NCBI RefSeq assembly: GCF_009914755.1
Contig: NC_060925.1
Length of the DNA: 64,000 nt
Strand: one strand, 5' to 3'
DNA from: the human T2T-CHM13v2.0 reference genome, Homo sapiens
This document shows positions 50,043 to 64,000 of this stretch, in pieces. Each line of letters begins with the position of its first letter. Position 1 is the stretch's first letter. Under the pieces are notes generated by a model, which was given only the letters and a program-made list of their open reading frames with translations, searched no databases and had not been told where the DNA came from. The translations under genes and the position numbers were made by a program.

Positions 50043-50099
50043 ATATACACTGTTATAAGGATATACACTGTTATAAGGATATACACTGTTATAAGGATA
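50043..50099. repeat. 18-bp tandem repeat x3 (ATATACACTGTTATAAGG)
   Basis: Three perfect copies plus a partial one. Confidence 0.95.
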
Positions 50100-50197
50100 C
50101 AACAGTTGAGTAAGACACTTTGGAAATAGATAATGGTGATGAACACACAATGCTGTGAATGTAATTAATGCCACTGAATTGTGTATTTTAAAGTGGG

Positions 50198-50925
50198 CAC
50201 TATGGAGAATAATATGAAGGTTTTTCAAAAAAACTACAACTAGAATGGCCATGTCATTCAACAATCTCACTACTGGGAATTTATCCAAAGAAAAGGAAAT
50301 TATTATTTCAAAGAAACATCTGCACTCTCATGTTTATTGCAGCACTATTAATAATAGCCAAGATATGGAACCAGCCTAGGTGTCCAACAACAAATGAATG
50401 GATAAAGAAAATATGGCATATATACACAGTGGAATACCATTCCGCCACAAAAAGGAATAAAATCCTGTCATTCATGGCAATATGGATATAACTGGATGAC
50501 ATTTTGTTAAGTAAAATAAGGCAGGTATAGAAAGTTAAACTCCTCACGTTCTTTCATATGTGAAAGCTAAAAGAAGTTAATCATGGAAATGAAAAGTAGA
50601 ATGCAGGATACTAGAGGCCGGGAAGGGTAGGTGGAAGAGGGAGTTAGGGAGAAATGTGTTAAAGGATACAAAGTTACAGCCACATAGGAGGAATAGGTTC
50701 CAGTGTCCTATACCAGTATAGGATGACTATAGTTAATAACAATACATTATAAGGTTTCAAATAGCAAGAAGGAAGATATTGAATGCTCCCAACACAGAGA
50801 AATGACAAATGTTTGAGATGATGGGCGTGTTAATTACCCTGATCTGATCACTATTATACATTATACATATCAAAACATCACTATGTACCCCATGAATATG
50901 TACAATTATTATTTGTCAATTAAAA
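50198..50925 (+). mobile_element. L1MA-type 3' end nested in an older L1M 3' end (50115-50970)
   Basis: tgcactctcatgtttattgcagcactatt...gttaattaccctgatctgatca...tacaattattatttgtcaattaaaa; host motifs gccactgaattgtg..taaagtgg and tttatgtt..atattt..caataa flank it. Confidence 0.8.
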
Positions 50926-51361
50926 GAATTAAGAAGTTTATGTTCCATATATTTACTGCAATAAGAAAAATGCTTTACCAAAAAAAGCAATGAATAAGAC
51001 AGTCCTGGTCTTCACAGTGCCCAAAGTCTAGTAAGAAAGACAGACCTATGAAATAAAGTATTGTTGGTGAGAATATAGAAAGATGTAAAGGACACGGTGA
51101 ATGCAAAGGAGGATACTGTGAGCTAAATTCACCTTTTTATTTTATTTGTCTTTGTTTTGCTTTTTAGTTAGTGGCATCTGTTAGAGACAGTTTCTTGAAG
51201 TGAGGACTCAAAGATGAGCAATTCTCGAGAAACCAGAGGCCCAAGCTCCCTGAAACACTGGATGCTGTGATGCAGGCAATAACATTTGAATGACAGTAGA
51301 AACCTTGGGTAGTTTAGTCCTAAATTCAGTACTTCTTTCTACCATCATTAATTTGTCCTAC

Positions 51362-51520
51362 CCAGGACAGAGACTAGGGACTAGTGAGACCCCTATTTCA
51401 TAAATAAATAAATAAAATTTGTAAAAAAGAGACAGAGGCATCTAGGGTGCAAAATTTAAGGAGGCATTCCCTCTAAGGGACAGGCTGACTTGCATGACCT
51501 TGAAAGTGAGCACCTCCTTT
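51362..51520. mobile_element. MER96-like hAT-Tip100 fossil
   Basis: ctagggtgcaaaatttaaggaggca...gtgagcacctcctt. Confidence 0.5.
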
Positions 51521-53469
51521 AATAATACCCTTATGATCATCATGGTCCATAGTATCCTTCCTGCAGTTGCCTGTTTCCTTGCCTGCCTCCCTATATGAAC
51601 TATAAATTGTGCCATGCGCATCTTTTTATCTACTGGGGCTAGAACAAAGTATGGCACATAGAAAACACCCAAGGAATATTAGTTTGATTTGGGAAACATT
51701 TTTAAAATAAAGAAATGCATGGCCACAATCCACTATATCCCCTAGGAACCAAGCTCTTCAGACTCTCTTCTCCTTGGCTTCCATCTCTGTCCTGTCAAGC
51801 TGAAGTTTGTTCAGGGTTCATGTTCTCTGAAGGCTTCCAAGTAGATACTGTGTCAGTGCCTCTGGAACCCTTCTACTCACCTTTTATCAGGTTTTTTTCC
51901 TCCCTGTGATTGATTTTGAATAGTTGCTCTATCTTCAAGTCCACTGTCAAATCCACCATAAATTCCATTCAGATAAATTCTCATTTTAAATATTGTATTT
52001 TTTTTATCTCTAGAAGCTCCATTGGTTCTATTTGTATCTTCTATTTCTTCACTACGTTTGCATTTTTCTTTACATTCTTGGGCACACGGAATATACTTAT
52101 AGAAACAATTTCAATGTCCTTGTTCATTAAGTTCATCATCTCTGTTATTTCTGGGTATCTTTCAACTAATCGATGTTTCTCCTAGCCGTGGGTCACATTT
52201 TCTTACTTCTTATGGCTGAAAGTGGAAGTCAATCCTCACTGTTTTTTTCATACACATTTTCAACCTTGTTCTATTAAATTAAACATGACTTTCCCTTGAT
52301 GACAGAGCTTGACAGAACTTCCCTCTCATCTTCACCCGATGGATCATTTTCTCAATATCTTCCTCTCCCAGGACCAGGAGGAGGTGTTAGAAGTGACTTT
52401 ATCACACTGTTGTTTCTTAGTAATTATTCACCTGAATGTTTTGTTTTGACACACCCAGAATGGACTTCCACTACATAGTCCTTTTCTCTATGATGTATCT
52501 CTACACCTCCAGGAGTCTCTATCTTCCTTTTTAGAAGTTCTTAGCGTTGAGTTTACAGTTTCTTTGTCCTATATCCTATTTCCTTTCCTATTTCCTCAAA
52601 CTATCTTGAGTCTTACTTCAAGCAGAAAGTCAAACCAAGTATAAGTTTCCTCAACTCTGTTCATCTCCAAATTTCATTTCTCTGTACATTTGCTAATATT
52701 TTCTTCCCTCCCCTGTCTCCTTGTGGAATGTGACCACTCTTGGGAATAACCTTATTCCCTCCTTCTATGCACTTGAGTATATCCCCATGGATTCTCCTAA
52801 GCATTGCTCCTACAAACATGCTCCTTCTTTTTCCTTCTACTTGCCCATGGATAATGAATCCCTCAAACAGATGTATGCTTTGTTCTTGGTATATTAATAA
52901 TAGCCATCATAAAATGTGTCTTGATTCATGCCTTATACTTTCTTAGGTGCTTTTCCTCTTTTCTCTCTTGTACTGGGTATATCTTTTATTCCAGAAAGCT
53001 AATTTTGATAATTCCATTTCCAGCGGTGGTATACCAGCTTATTGGGCCAATCTTCCCATCAAGCACTAGTAGAAAATCTGGACAAAATACATTTTAAAAA
53101 GTCTGTTTGAAGGCTTTGGAGAACAATAAAGGACTTGATAGGCCAACATCCTGGAAATAAGGGATCCTTGAGAAGTGAGTCCAATACCAAATGCCTCTTT
53201 TCCCTGCTGGCATCTGCTGACTCTAAAGAAATAGCAGAGAGACTAAGGAGCAGCTAGAGTTCAGAGCCCACTTAGAAGGAGGGGCTCTGATAAATGTACT
53301 ACAGAATTTTAGCTGGACTTCTCGAGACCAGATCAGATCTCACAAAGATTGAAATATACCTTCAAGTCACCTCAACTCAGGATTGAATTAACTGCTTGGC
53401 AGTTTAACTGCTTGGCAGAAGTAAGCATGGACCCTCTCTTGGAAGAGATAACATCACCTGAAGTCTAGC

Positions 53470-56400
53470 CACTTGTCACTATTCTCACTGCCACTCTCTA
53501 GTGGGTCCACATCTCCCATCCCCTGGACTAAGGCAAAAGCCTAACAATGATCTCCACATTTACCATCCTGCCATCCTGATGTTCTTTTGTTCACTCAATA
53601 CAGCATCTAGTGTGTTCTTTCTAAAACACACAAAAAAACCTCTTCTCAAATTCTTTCCTAAAGTTAATTAGCTTTTATGAAGCAATATAGAACCTAATAG
53701 AATAGAGCCTCCAATTTTTTTAAATGGTTGACAGTGGTATCCATGATCGGACTCCCGCCCGTCTTTCTGCCCCATCTCTTTTCTTTTCCCTTGGCTCTCT
53801 CTTATGCAAACATAGTGAACTTGAAAGAAAAGTCTGTCTCGAACCTCTGGATGTTCCCACTTGCTCTCCTTCTGCAGAGAACATTCTCACTTTCTGAATC
53901 CTCTTGTTATTAACCCCTACTAACTCTTCACACCTCCACCTGGCATTGACCTTCTCATTCTTGTACTAGGTTACGGTTTCCTGCTGTGTGTCTCACAGAT
54001 CTCTGTACCTCTTCACTTGTAACACTCATTTTATTGTTTTTGCTTGTTTATTCATTTTTCTTTTAAAATCCATTGAACATCATGGTTTTCTTTCACTTTT
54101 TTATTTTTTAATATCTGTCTTACCTACCAGATACAGCTTCTGTGGTGGCAGAAGGACCAGCTACATAATTTGCAGGACCCAGTAGGAGGTAAAAATGGGG
54201 GGCCATATGCTCTAAAATGATTAAGAGTTTCAAGAAAGTGAAAGCAGCATTAAACCAATCATATTCCACCTGTTTCAAGCAGAGGTTCCTGTGTGAATGC
54301 ACATTTTATACCCATGAAACTGGCCTGTGGTGCAGGCAGAAATGTTAAGGAGGTAGTGGGGTGTGGATATCCAGAAAAGGTTGAAGTTTTTCAGAGTCGC
54401 TGAGAGCAATTCCTTCTTTCTCATATTCACTCGATAGATCTTTATTTGGTGTTTTTAAGTGTCAGGCACAGTACTAGCTGCTGGGGTTCGAGATCTATTT
54501 GACATTTCTGCCTACACCCTTTAGTGAGAAAACTGAGGCAATAAATTCATAATCCCATATATGTACCCATTACTTTCTTTATTCCTTCCCATCCTATGGA
54601 AGGGGTTTCATGCCTAGCATGCCAGACCAATTCCCTGTGGTTTGGGTCCCATGCTTTCCTATGTCCCATGCTTTCCCATTTCCTTCTTCTATGTCCTCAA
54701 ACTTTTCAATGGGTGTTTTTCTTTTGGCATAAAAACATTTCATATCTTTCCAATCTTAAAAAATGAATAAAAACAAAGAAAACTTTCTTTGACCACCATG
54801 TCCTTCTATAGCTACCATCCTATGACTCCACATCACTTCACAGACAAGTGTCCCAAGAGTAATCTACCCTACTTTCACACAGCAATGCCTCTCACTACAT
54901 ACAAGCTTTAACACACTACAGTCAAGTCCTACCCCTCCTCCTTTCATTCCATGATGCATTTTGGCAGAAGTCAGCAAGTTTTGCTAAATTCAGCATATGA
55001 TTTTGGGTTCTTATCTTATTTCATTTAGGCATAGTCACTTGCTTCCTCCTGCCTGAAGTTCTATCTTTCTTTGACTTCTGAGAACAACATTTCATTGTGT
55101 TTTTCCTTCCTTTCTCTCAAATCCAATTTTCTCTGCCTATCTCCTTTCACTTCAACTATTATTTCCACATTAATGAGTCCCCTTCTTTTCCCCTCCCCTC
55201 TCTTTCTTTCTCTTCCTTCCTTTTCCTTCTCTTTTCTTAGCTTCCCTTCCAATCCACAGGTGTTAATTCCAGGAGCACTCCCTCATAAACCTCCTGCATA
55301 CTAATCTATGCCTCAGAGTCTGTTTCCTGGGGAACCCAGTCTGCAATAGTCATCCTAAATATCTCAATGTCCTATGTTCCCCTCATCCAGTTAAATACCA
55401 AGCTATAGATATCAAGCCTTATAGTATCTATAAATCTATTTTTTCCTTAATAAATTTGTTTTCTTCTGTTACTCTCTCTGACACTACTAGATTTAGACTC
55501 TCATTAATTCTCAATGGCACTATTTCCACCTGTTCTCCTTGCCTCTGATCTGTCTCTTTCCCAATTTATCACTCAAGGCTACTCCCAGCAGGATTTTTCC
55601 AGAATATAGATGCAATCTAGCAAATTATTCACTTCATAAGGACTTTCAGTGGCTTTGATGTCTGTCATTCATTTACACATCCAGTCAGTCAACACTTACT
55701 GAATATTCACAATGTTCCAGGCACTGTAATAAGTTCTGGGGATACAAAGTTAATGAAACAGAATCTCTGTCCTCATGGAGCTTATAGCAAAGGGGATGTT
55801 ATCAACCAAGATGTGTAAGGTAAAGAAGCAGGAGCACAGAAGACTAACAATCTGGTGAAGAAAAAAGACATGAATCAAGTAATCAATTATTTAGGTAAAT
55901 GCCAATAACATCTGTGATAAGTTCCACCAAAAAAGGTCCATTGTGCAATAAGCACTTACAAGAAGGTTTGACACAATCACAGGGGCAAGAGAGGAATTCC
56001 AAAAGAAATGGCTTGGGGATAAAATTTAAATGCTTCTTCATATTCTGATCCCAATCTCCCTTTATAGGTTTATCTTCCAAAAATTCACCTCATCTCACCT
56101 ATGACATCCACATACCCTCCAGGCAAGTTGTATAGAGACTTCTGCATGTTCACGTCATCAGCCTTGTTTATAATGCTCCCTGTGCTGGAATTTCCTCTCT
56201 TACCTTGTTAATGAAGCTATCTCCTACTCATTCGATAAAAATCGGTGTAGTGATTACATTCTCTAGGAAACATTTCCTAATACCTCAGTATGATTTTGAT
56301 GTTTCTCTGTTGTTCCTTAGCAATATACTTTCTTAATATTCATATCTGTAGCAATTTTAACATGACACTTAATGTTATGTATCACAACCTTCAACTTATT

Positions 56401-58200
56401 TTAAGTTTCTTGAGAAACAGGATCATGTTTGTCTTTACTATCTCCATGCCTAACATGGACATGGGACATGACACAACATAGCATAAAATTTATGACAAAT
56501 AAATAAAATGAAGGAATGAAAGAATGAATAGAGTTTGCATGCATATAAGACCTCACATGTCTCTTTATAAGCATAATCTGAAACGTAACACTAAATTATT
56601 TCTACATCAAGTACAATAAATAAAGACTTTTAAATAAGCAGGTTTCAGGCATCCTTTAAGCTTTTAACTGAGAAGTGACTGTGTAGTATTAGATTCAGTT
56701 TAGTCATTTAGATGAGCTACTAAAAAAGATGAGCTAGCGGTTTTCCAGTCTGACTGTCTTGGTCACCTTATCTGATGGTTTATTTGATGATTCTCTTCAT
56801 TTCCAGGCAGTGTATCAGCCAGCAGTTAATCCAGGGATTTACTGCGATAGAGTCAGAGTTCAAATACTGTATTCATGTTTCCATGTTCTATGGAGCACAG
56901 CTTAATGGGATGTCAGCTGTTACAGTCCATCCACAAAATGATGTTTATTCCAAGTGAAAAAGAAAGATAGTCTATGTAACACTTGGTTTTTAGTTAGAAA
57001 GGAATTGGAAATAAACAGAATTTTCTAAATCAAATTGTCAAACTAATGTAAATAAAATAACTCACTCTGAATGGAATTCACTCAACAATTTTGAAGGAAT
57101 TCAAAGGTGACACTGCAAAACTATGGCTATTCTCCAATATTCATTACCAGTGGCTACTACAGCAGAAGATCGTCAACATAGCTCCCATCTTTGGGCTATC
57201 TTCCAGCAAGAGCCTGAATAGTTGTCTCACTTTCATATTGAGCAAGGACATGGAATCTCTGACAAACGAGGAAGACTTGGAACACTTAAGCAAGCATAAC
57301 CTCCTGAGAGAGTAAGTCTGTTTTCTGTCCAGGAAAATCTTGGATAGCTAATTTACTTGAACTTTTTTTGGATGATAAATTCAAAAACAGAAACAGAATA
57401 ACCAAAAGGGCTATTATTATCAAACTTTATAAACAAAGCACTTTTACAGTTTTAAATTTTAAATTCTAAATCATTGATTTATCATATTAAATTAGTTGTA
57501 AGCTATTTAATTTAATCCAATAATTTATTAAATTATTATTTAATCCTAAATTAAATTTAATCCTAAATTAAAACAATTGGTATTGTTGGAGGAGCTTAGG
57601 GAAAGTGGACAATTACACAATGTTTAAAGGTTGCACTCCTCTTCTTTGGTCCAATGGTAAGCAAAGATCTCCACCTGGATGTTCCAAAAACATCTTAACT
57701 CCACATGTCCTCAGGTAGCTCATTATCTTCCTCTCCAAACCTGTTCTTCCTTCTTGCTATAAAATGTTGGTTAGTAGTGCCTCTATTTTATCCACCAACA
57801 TAAAAAAAAATCACCCAAAATCTTTATTTTGGAGAGAAATATCTTGCTAAACCATAAGTCTAATCATATCTCTTCCCTAATTAAACTTTTTAGTAGTTGT
57901 TCATTGTTGATAGAATAAAGTCCAAATTCTTTAGTGTGGCATAAAAGGGTCTTCAACATTTGAGCTCCCTCTTTCCAGCCACATCTGCTGCCAGGCTTCT
58001 CCAGTGTTAAAATGTTGTTTTTAAAATAAACTTGGTATGTTCTTTTTTCCTTCCAAAATTTTATACATGTGGCTTCCTCTGCCCAGCGTGACCTTTATCC
58101 CTTTCTCCTACTAACAAATTCTCATCATCTTTCAAAATCCAGTTAAGATATTAACTCTTCCATTAAGCCTTCTCTGCCACAATATTAACTTCAATGATCC
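53470..58200. mobile_element. Patchwork of L2 fossils (with an LTR16-like fragment at ~55255-55346)
   Basis: Recurrent L2 motifs (tctccacctggatgttcc, ccaggcactgt..ctggggatacaaag, aaagtccaaattctttagtgtggc); boundaries not resolved. Confidence 0.5.
54153..54327 (-). mobile_element. MER45A (hAT-Tip100 MITE)
   Basis: aggaccagctacataatttgcaggacccagt...ttcaaga..agcattaaacca...cccatgaaactggcctg. Confidence 0.75.
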
Positions 58201-58559
58201 TTAAGCAAAACCTTTCTTCTCTAGCTAAATACATAGAACTATAACTCAAATATTGGTCTAAAATTAAAATGCTAATGGGAGACTTAAAAGTGACAGAATT
58301 GAGGGGGCCTCATGACCTTTGAATAGGTCACATTATCCAATCAACTTCATTCTAATATACTCACGTACAGACGGGCAGCTTTGCTACAACCCCAAAAAGA
58401 GATGACTCAGGAGGCAAAGGTAGGGCACCAAAGTTATGAGCTCTAGATCCAGGCCGACTGGGATTATAAAGACTTAAATACAGAGCAAAATGAATATGCT
58501 AACATGTATTTATTTCATATAATAAATGTATCCCAAAATTTAAGATAAATAAAAAATTA

Positions 58560-58857
<298 letters not shown>

Positions 58858-59107
58858 CTACATGAAAATTTTAATGTATTTTATGCTGTGTGACTCTCTT
58901 CTTTCTAGGTCCTTAGGTGAAGGAAAGTAAGAAAGATGGCAATACAGGAAAGGAACTAATATTTAAAGAATACTAGTATCTCTCTGTGCCATTTATATCT
59001 ACCTCATTTCATTTAACCTTCAAAAGCATATGATTATGTAGATGCTGTAATGTTATTTCAATTTTACAGAGGAGTAAATTGAGGCACAATAATGATAAGA
59101 TATTTAG

Positions 59108-59737
<630 letters not shown>

Positions 59738-59989
59738 TCACCCTCATTTCCATGGCCAGTAATAAAAAGAGAAACAGAAATTTTAATACAGGAATGATTA
59801 CTGTATTTCTTTGTGGGAATTGTGGTAAGTTGGTATTTCAGAACAGGCATGTAACCCCTTCTGCCCAATGACACTGGAGGGAAAGTCTACTGCTGGGTAG
59901 GGGTGGGGCTTTAGAGAACGGCTTCATGTTACACATCCTTCACCAGAGCATTTTCTTCTGAAAATCCTTTGTAGCAGATTCTATTAGCT

Positions 59990-60500
59990 TCAGGTAACAG
60001 GCAATTATGTGCTTTAAGAGAGAACCCCTCTCCCAGGAAGTGAACGTGATTGGCACACCAACTGGGGTAATTCATCTTTCCAGGGATTAATTTAAGAAAG
60101 GGCATGTAAGACTGCTTTAACCAAAGAGACATGAGGGGAAGTCTGCTTGAAAGGAGGTAGTAGTCCAGAAAAAGATTTTGTTTTGCTTTATGAAAAGGAA
60201 GCAGGAGGAGAAAGTATTATTTTTTGTCTTTAGATTTACCATGAGCATGTGATGCTTAGGCTACGGCAGCCATCTTGGTACCCTGAGAAGAGTCACCCTA
60301 AGAGAAGATGCCAGCATTCTAGGAAAAGCAGGGCGGGGATGGAGAAAAAATCCAGGGCCTGGATGACATTGCTGAGCTGCTGAGTTAACCTAGAACTATC
60401 CTAACTCAAGATTTCTCTTTATAAGGTAATATATTTCCTTATATTTAGATCATTTGAAATTTGATTTTTGGTTACCCTGCCTGAAATGTGGTAACTGATA
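59990..60500 (+). mobile_element. Old MaLR LTR (MLT1J/K/L-like); second fragment at ~61335-61590
   Basis: ggcagccatcttgg...ggatgacattgctgagctgctg...taactgata. Confidence 0.65.
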
Positions 60501-60759
60501 AGGCTTTTCAATTTCAGGTTTGTTGATAGGGGTTTCTTTTTCCTGGTATAATATATGATATGTGTATACGTGTCTGTGCATGTATGTGCTTAAGGGATAA
60601 AGGAAAGAGAAAGGTGTCTCTATTCATCCTTAGAAAGTTAGAAGTTTAGTGCAAATTTTTAAAGTATAAAGGAAAACGGCAGATTAATTTTGAAAATAAG
60701 AAATTAAGAACAGGGAAAGGACAAGTGTTATGCAGTTGAATGGGCATATGCTCAGGAAG

Positions 60760-60834
60760 GGTGTGTGTGTGTGTGTGTGTGTGTCTGTGTCTGTGTGTGT
60801 CTGTGTGTGCATGTGTGAGTGTGCATATGTGTGT
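60760..60834. repeat. Compound (GT)n/(GTCT) microsatellite
   Basis: Direct reading. Confidence 0.9.
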
Positions 60835-62789
60835 TCCCTATTTCTCCATATGTTTTATTTTCATTAACTGTTCAAAAGACTAAAAAGGCTTACACTGAAG
60901 TTATTGTGTAGTTTTCTGTGAGGTTCATGGTTAGGGCAAAATTCAAAGGCAATAGGAACTTTCAAGCACAAAGAGCTTCAAACGGTGTCCTCTTTCATGC
61001 TTAAAGCCAACTTACTTCTCCCTCGGAGCAGAAAAAGCAAGTAGAAGATGCCAGAATTGAGGAAACCCCAGAGAAGACATTTGTTGGTTATCTGTCGAGT
61101 AGTCCCCTTACCCTCTTTCCAGCTGTCTTTGATTTGTTCTTAAAGATTCCTGTATTTCCAGGAAAACTGAATTTTCTCTCTGCTTCCTATTTAGAGCACA
61201 TATTGCCAAGGTTAAGCTGATAACCACATTTTATCCTCCAGCTATGATGATTGTTAAGGGGTGCGTTTGTTGCCAAAGCTGGTCCAATCGGACTAACTTT
61301 CAGAATGATTGTTGGGAATCCAGTGCAAACACTCTTGCTACATGAGATGCCATGTAGCCCTGAGATTCTGGCAGCCATCTTAGGACCAGCCTCAAGATGA
61401 AATGGATATCAAAATTGGGTCCTTGGGTGACATTGTTGAAGTACTAACGGAAACTTTACCTGAAGCTAGTCCCACTTCTGGAATTTTTAATTTCATGACC
61501 CAATACATATCATGTATTTTTAAGCTAATTTGAAATTTTGAATTTTTTATTTTGGTCATTTACAACCCAAAGCCTCCTCTGTGATGCAATCTGTTGGAAT
61601 CATCTAGTGCTTTCCTCTCATTTTACAAATAAGAAAATGAGGCCCTAGAGGGAACTTACTTGCCCAAGGTCAAACAGTACATAGTTAAAGATCTGCTACA
61701 GGAAGAAAAGTTTCCTGACTCCAGTCTGTTCTTTTCTCATAAACTTTTCCTCTCACATGTGTATAGAGAGTGGTGATATTTTCTAGCCAGGCAGAAATTA
61801 GCGGAATGCCAGGCAACCTTTTACCTACAAACTAGTTTTAAAAAAAAGTATTTACGTGGCTACTGGGATTTCTTGGATGCGTTGCATTAAGTAATTTGGG
61901 GGTATATGAAATGAAATCATAGTGGGCCATTCTGCTTTTCTAACATCTCCTTAAGACTATATGTATTTGCACTACAGAATCTCTCTTGCAGGAGTAACAC
62001 AGGCATGTGGAGAATTTCTCAGAGTATTTCCGCAGCAACCAACTGGCATGAAGAATACTTTGCTGAAACATGGGGTTCAAAAGCAGGTATAGAGCTCCAA
62101 ATCTGATTCTTCCCCACCAATTGCATGTTTGCCTTACTTGTATACATCTCTTTGTGTGTATATGTATGTATGTACATGTGTAAGTGGTATGTACACAACA
62201 ATATAGTTTGGGAAGCTTTGTAACTAATCCAACTTTACTTACCTTTTCCTTTTTATCTTTTTCATTGAGAAGGATCTTAGCACCTCTTGCTCACGTACTC
62301 TGTATTTCTCTTACTCTTTCCCTCTCTTCCTTCATCCCTCCCTAACTCACCTCCTCTCTACCTCCTATGCATCCACTTCACTATGGAAATGTTTTCAAGT
62401 TCCACCCTCTTGACCGTCATTTGAAAGGAGAAAAATCCTCCATTTCAGCTAAGCGTGTGCCATGCATAGTGGTTACTATGGAAATACACAAAGGAAATAC
62501 CTGAAAAGAGATGTCAAGTTGAAAAACAATATTTTCTTCAACCAAGGTGTACGGAAATGAAATGGGTTACTTTATAAAGCAGTATATTAGCTGTCACTGG
62601 AAGTGTGTAGCATAAAGTTTAGACTACGTAATATTTTAGAACCACACCAGCAAAATGCCTACGGATAGGAATCCTACGTGCCTTTTCATCATAAGGCATT
62701 CTCCCTAGGCTTTTTTCCCCCATCTTATTCTCAGAAAATTAATAAACTTCCCTATTTCCCCAAAGCACTGAAATATAAACTATTTTTTT

Positions 62790-63560
62790 ATTGATGGATG
62801 TATTCAACAATATTTGTTGAGTACCTACTATGTACCAGGCATCGTGCTAGGCCCTGAGGCCACAAATGGAGGATAAATATTAAATTCCTGATAAATGCCT
62901 GCCCCCTGGAGAGAGAAGGAAGAAATGGGAATTGTGACGTTAAGAAGGTAATGTTTTGTTTTTTGAAAAAATAGCTCTGAAGCAAATGTGAAAAAGCATT
63001 TTAAAATTTTGGTTTTTGATTACATGGGTGCTTTTTATATTATTATTGGTTCTCTTTTGCATTTTTCAATTAAAAATAGATTGTAAATAAAAGGGATTTT
63101 GTGACATTCATGTAAGGGGAAAACTGAAACATGTCTGAAGAATTTAGAAATATAGAGGTCTTTGGAGAGCCTACTCAGAGCTGGATCTGGAAAATGACGG
63201 GAGTGGGCATGAGACTAAAGTGTGCTGAGGAGTGAGGGGTAGAGGGGAGGAAAGGGGGAAGTGAGTTTGGACGTTAGAAAGAAAGGCTGGAAGAGGGATG
63301 TGGAAGAGGTGTATGCTCTTCATTGGGTAAGACTTGGGCATTTTTAACGCTAATAGAAAGGATTCAATTGAGATGTAGGGTCTAAATATGTAAGAGAAGG
63401 AAGGCGAAATTGTTCACAAGAAGATAAAGCAGAAGGGTCCAAAGCACAGAGAGAAGGACCAATGGCAGACAGGATGGACAACTTCTTTTCCTACAGTGAA
63501 AAGGAGCAACATTAGATTCTGATGTAGGTAAGTTTGTAGTCTTTATGGTTGAAAATTGAG
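62790..63560 (-). mobile_element. L2 fossil fragments
   Basis: attcaacaatatttgttgagtacctactatgtaccaggca; purine-rich antisense L2 body. Confidence 0.6.
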
Positions 63561-63647
63561 GGTATTATTGATGGTTTCTTAAAGCAAATACATGCACATA
63601 CACATGCACACATACTCACATTATATATATGTATACATAGAAAACTA

Positions 63648-64000
<353 letters not shown>

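Overview
This is primate, almost certainly human, nuclear DNA: it carries human-specific AluYa5 and AluYb8 copies. The only supportable protein-coding feature is exon 1 of dermatopontin (DPT) on the minus strand (CDS 2345->2041, GT donor at 2040-2039), with a TATA-box promoter at about 2400. Bases 1-2040 are DPT intron 1. The remaining ~61.5 kb is upstream intergenic DNA dense in interspersed repeats: about 15 Alus, young and old L1s, L2/MIR fossils, MaLR/ERVL solo LTRs and hAT/mariner MITEs. Almost all other ORFs in the track are repeat-derived or chance. I found no evidence of a new gene system. The most interesting signals are: a TWIST-type double E-box (5-nt spacer) next to the DPT TATA box; two compact mesenchymal-type motif clusters in unique DNA; a twin-primed, 5'-inverted L1PA with perfect 16-bp TSDs at the edge of a MADE1 hairpin, carrying a fold-back repair scar; an AluYa5 inserted antisense inside an older Alu; and an AluYb8. 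Repeat subfamily names come from recalled consensus sequences, not from a RepeatMasker run. Boundaries of old elements are approximate.
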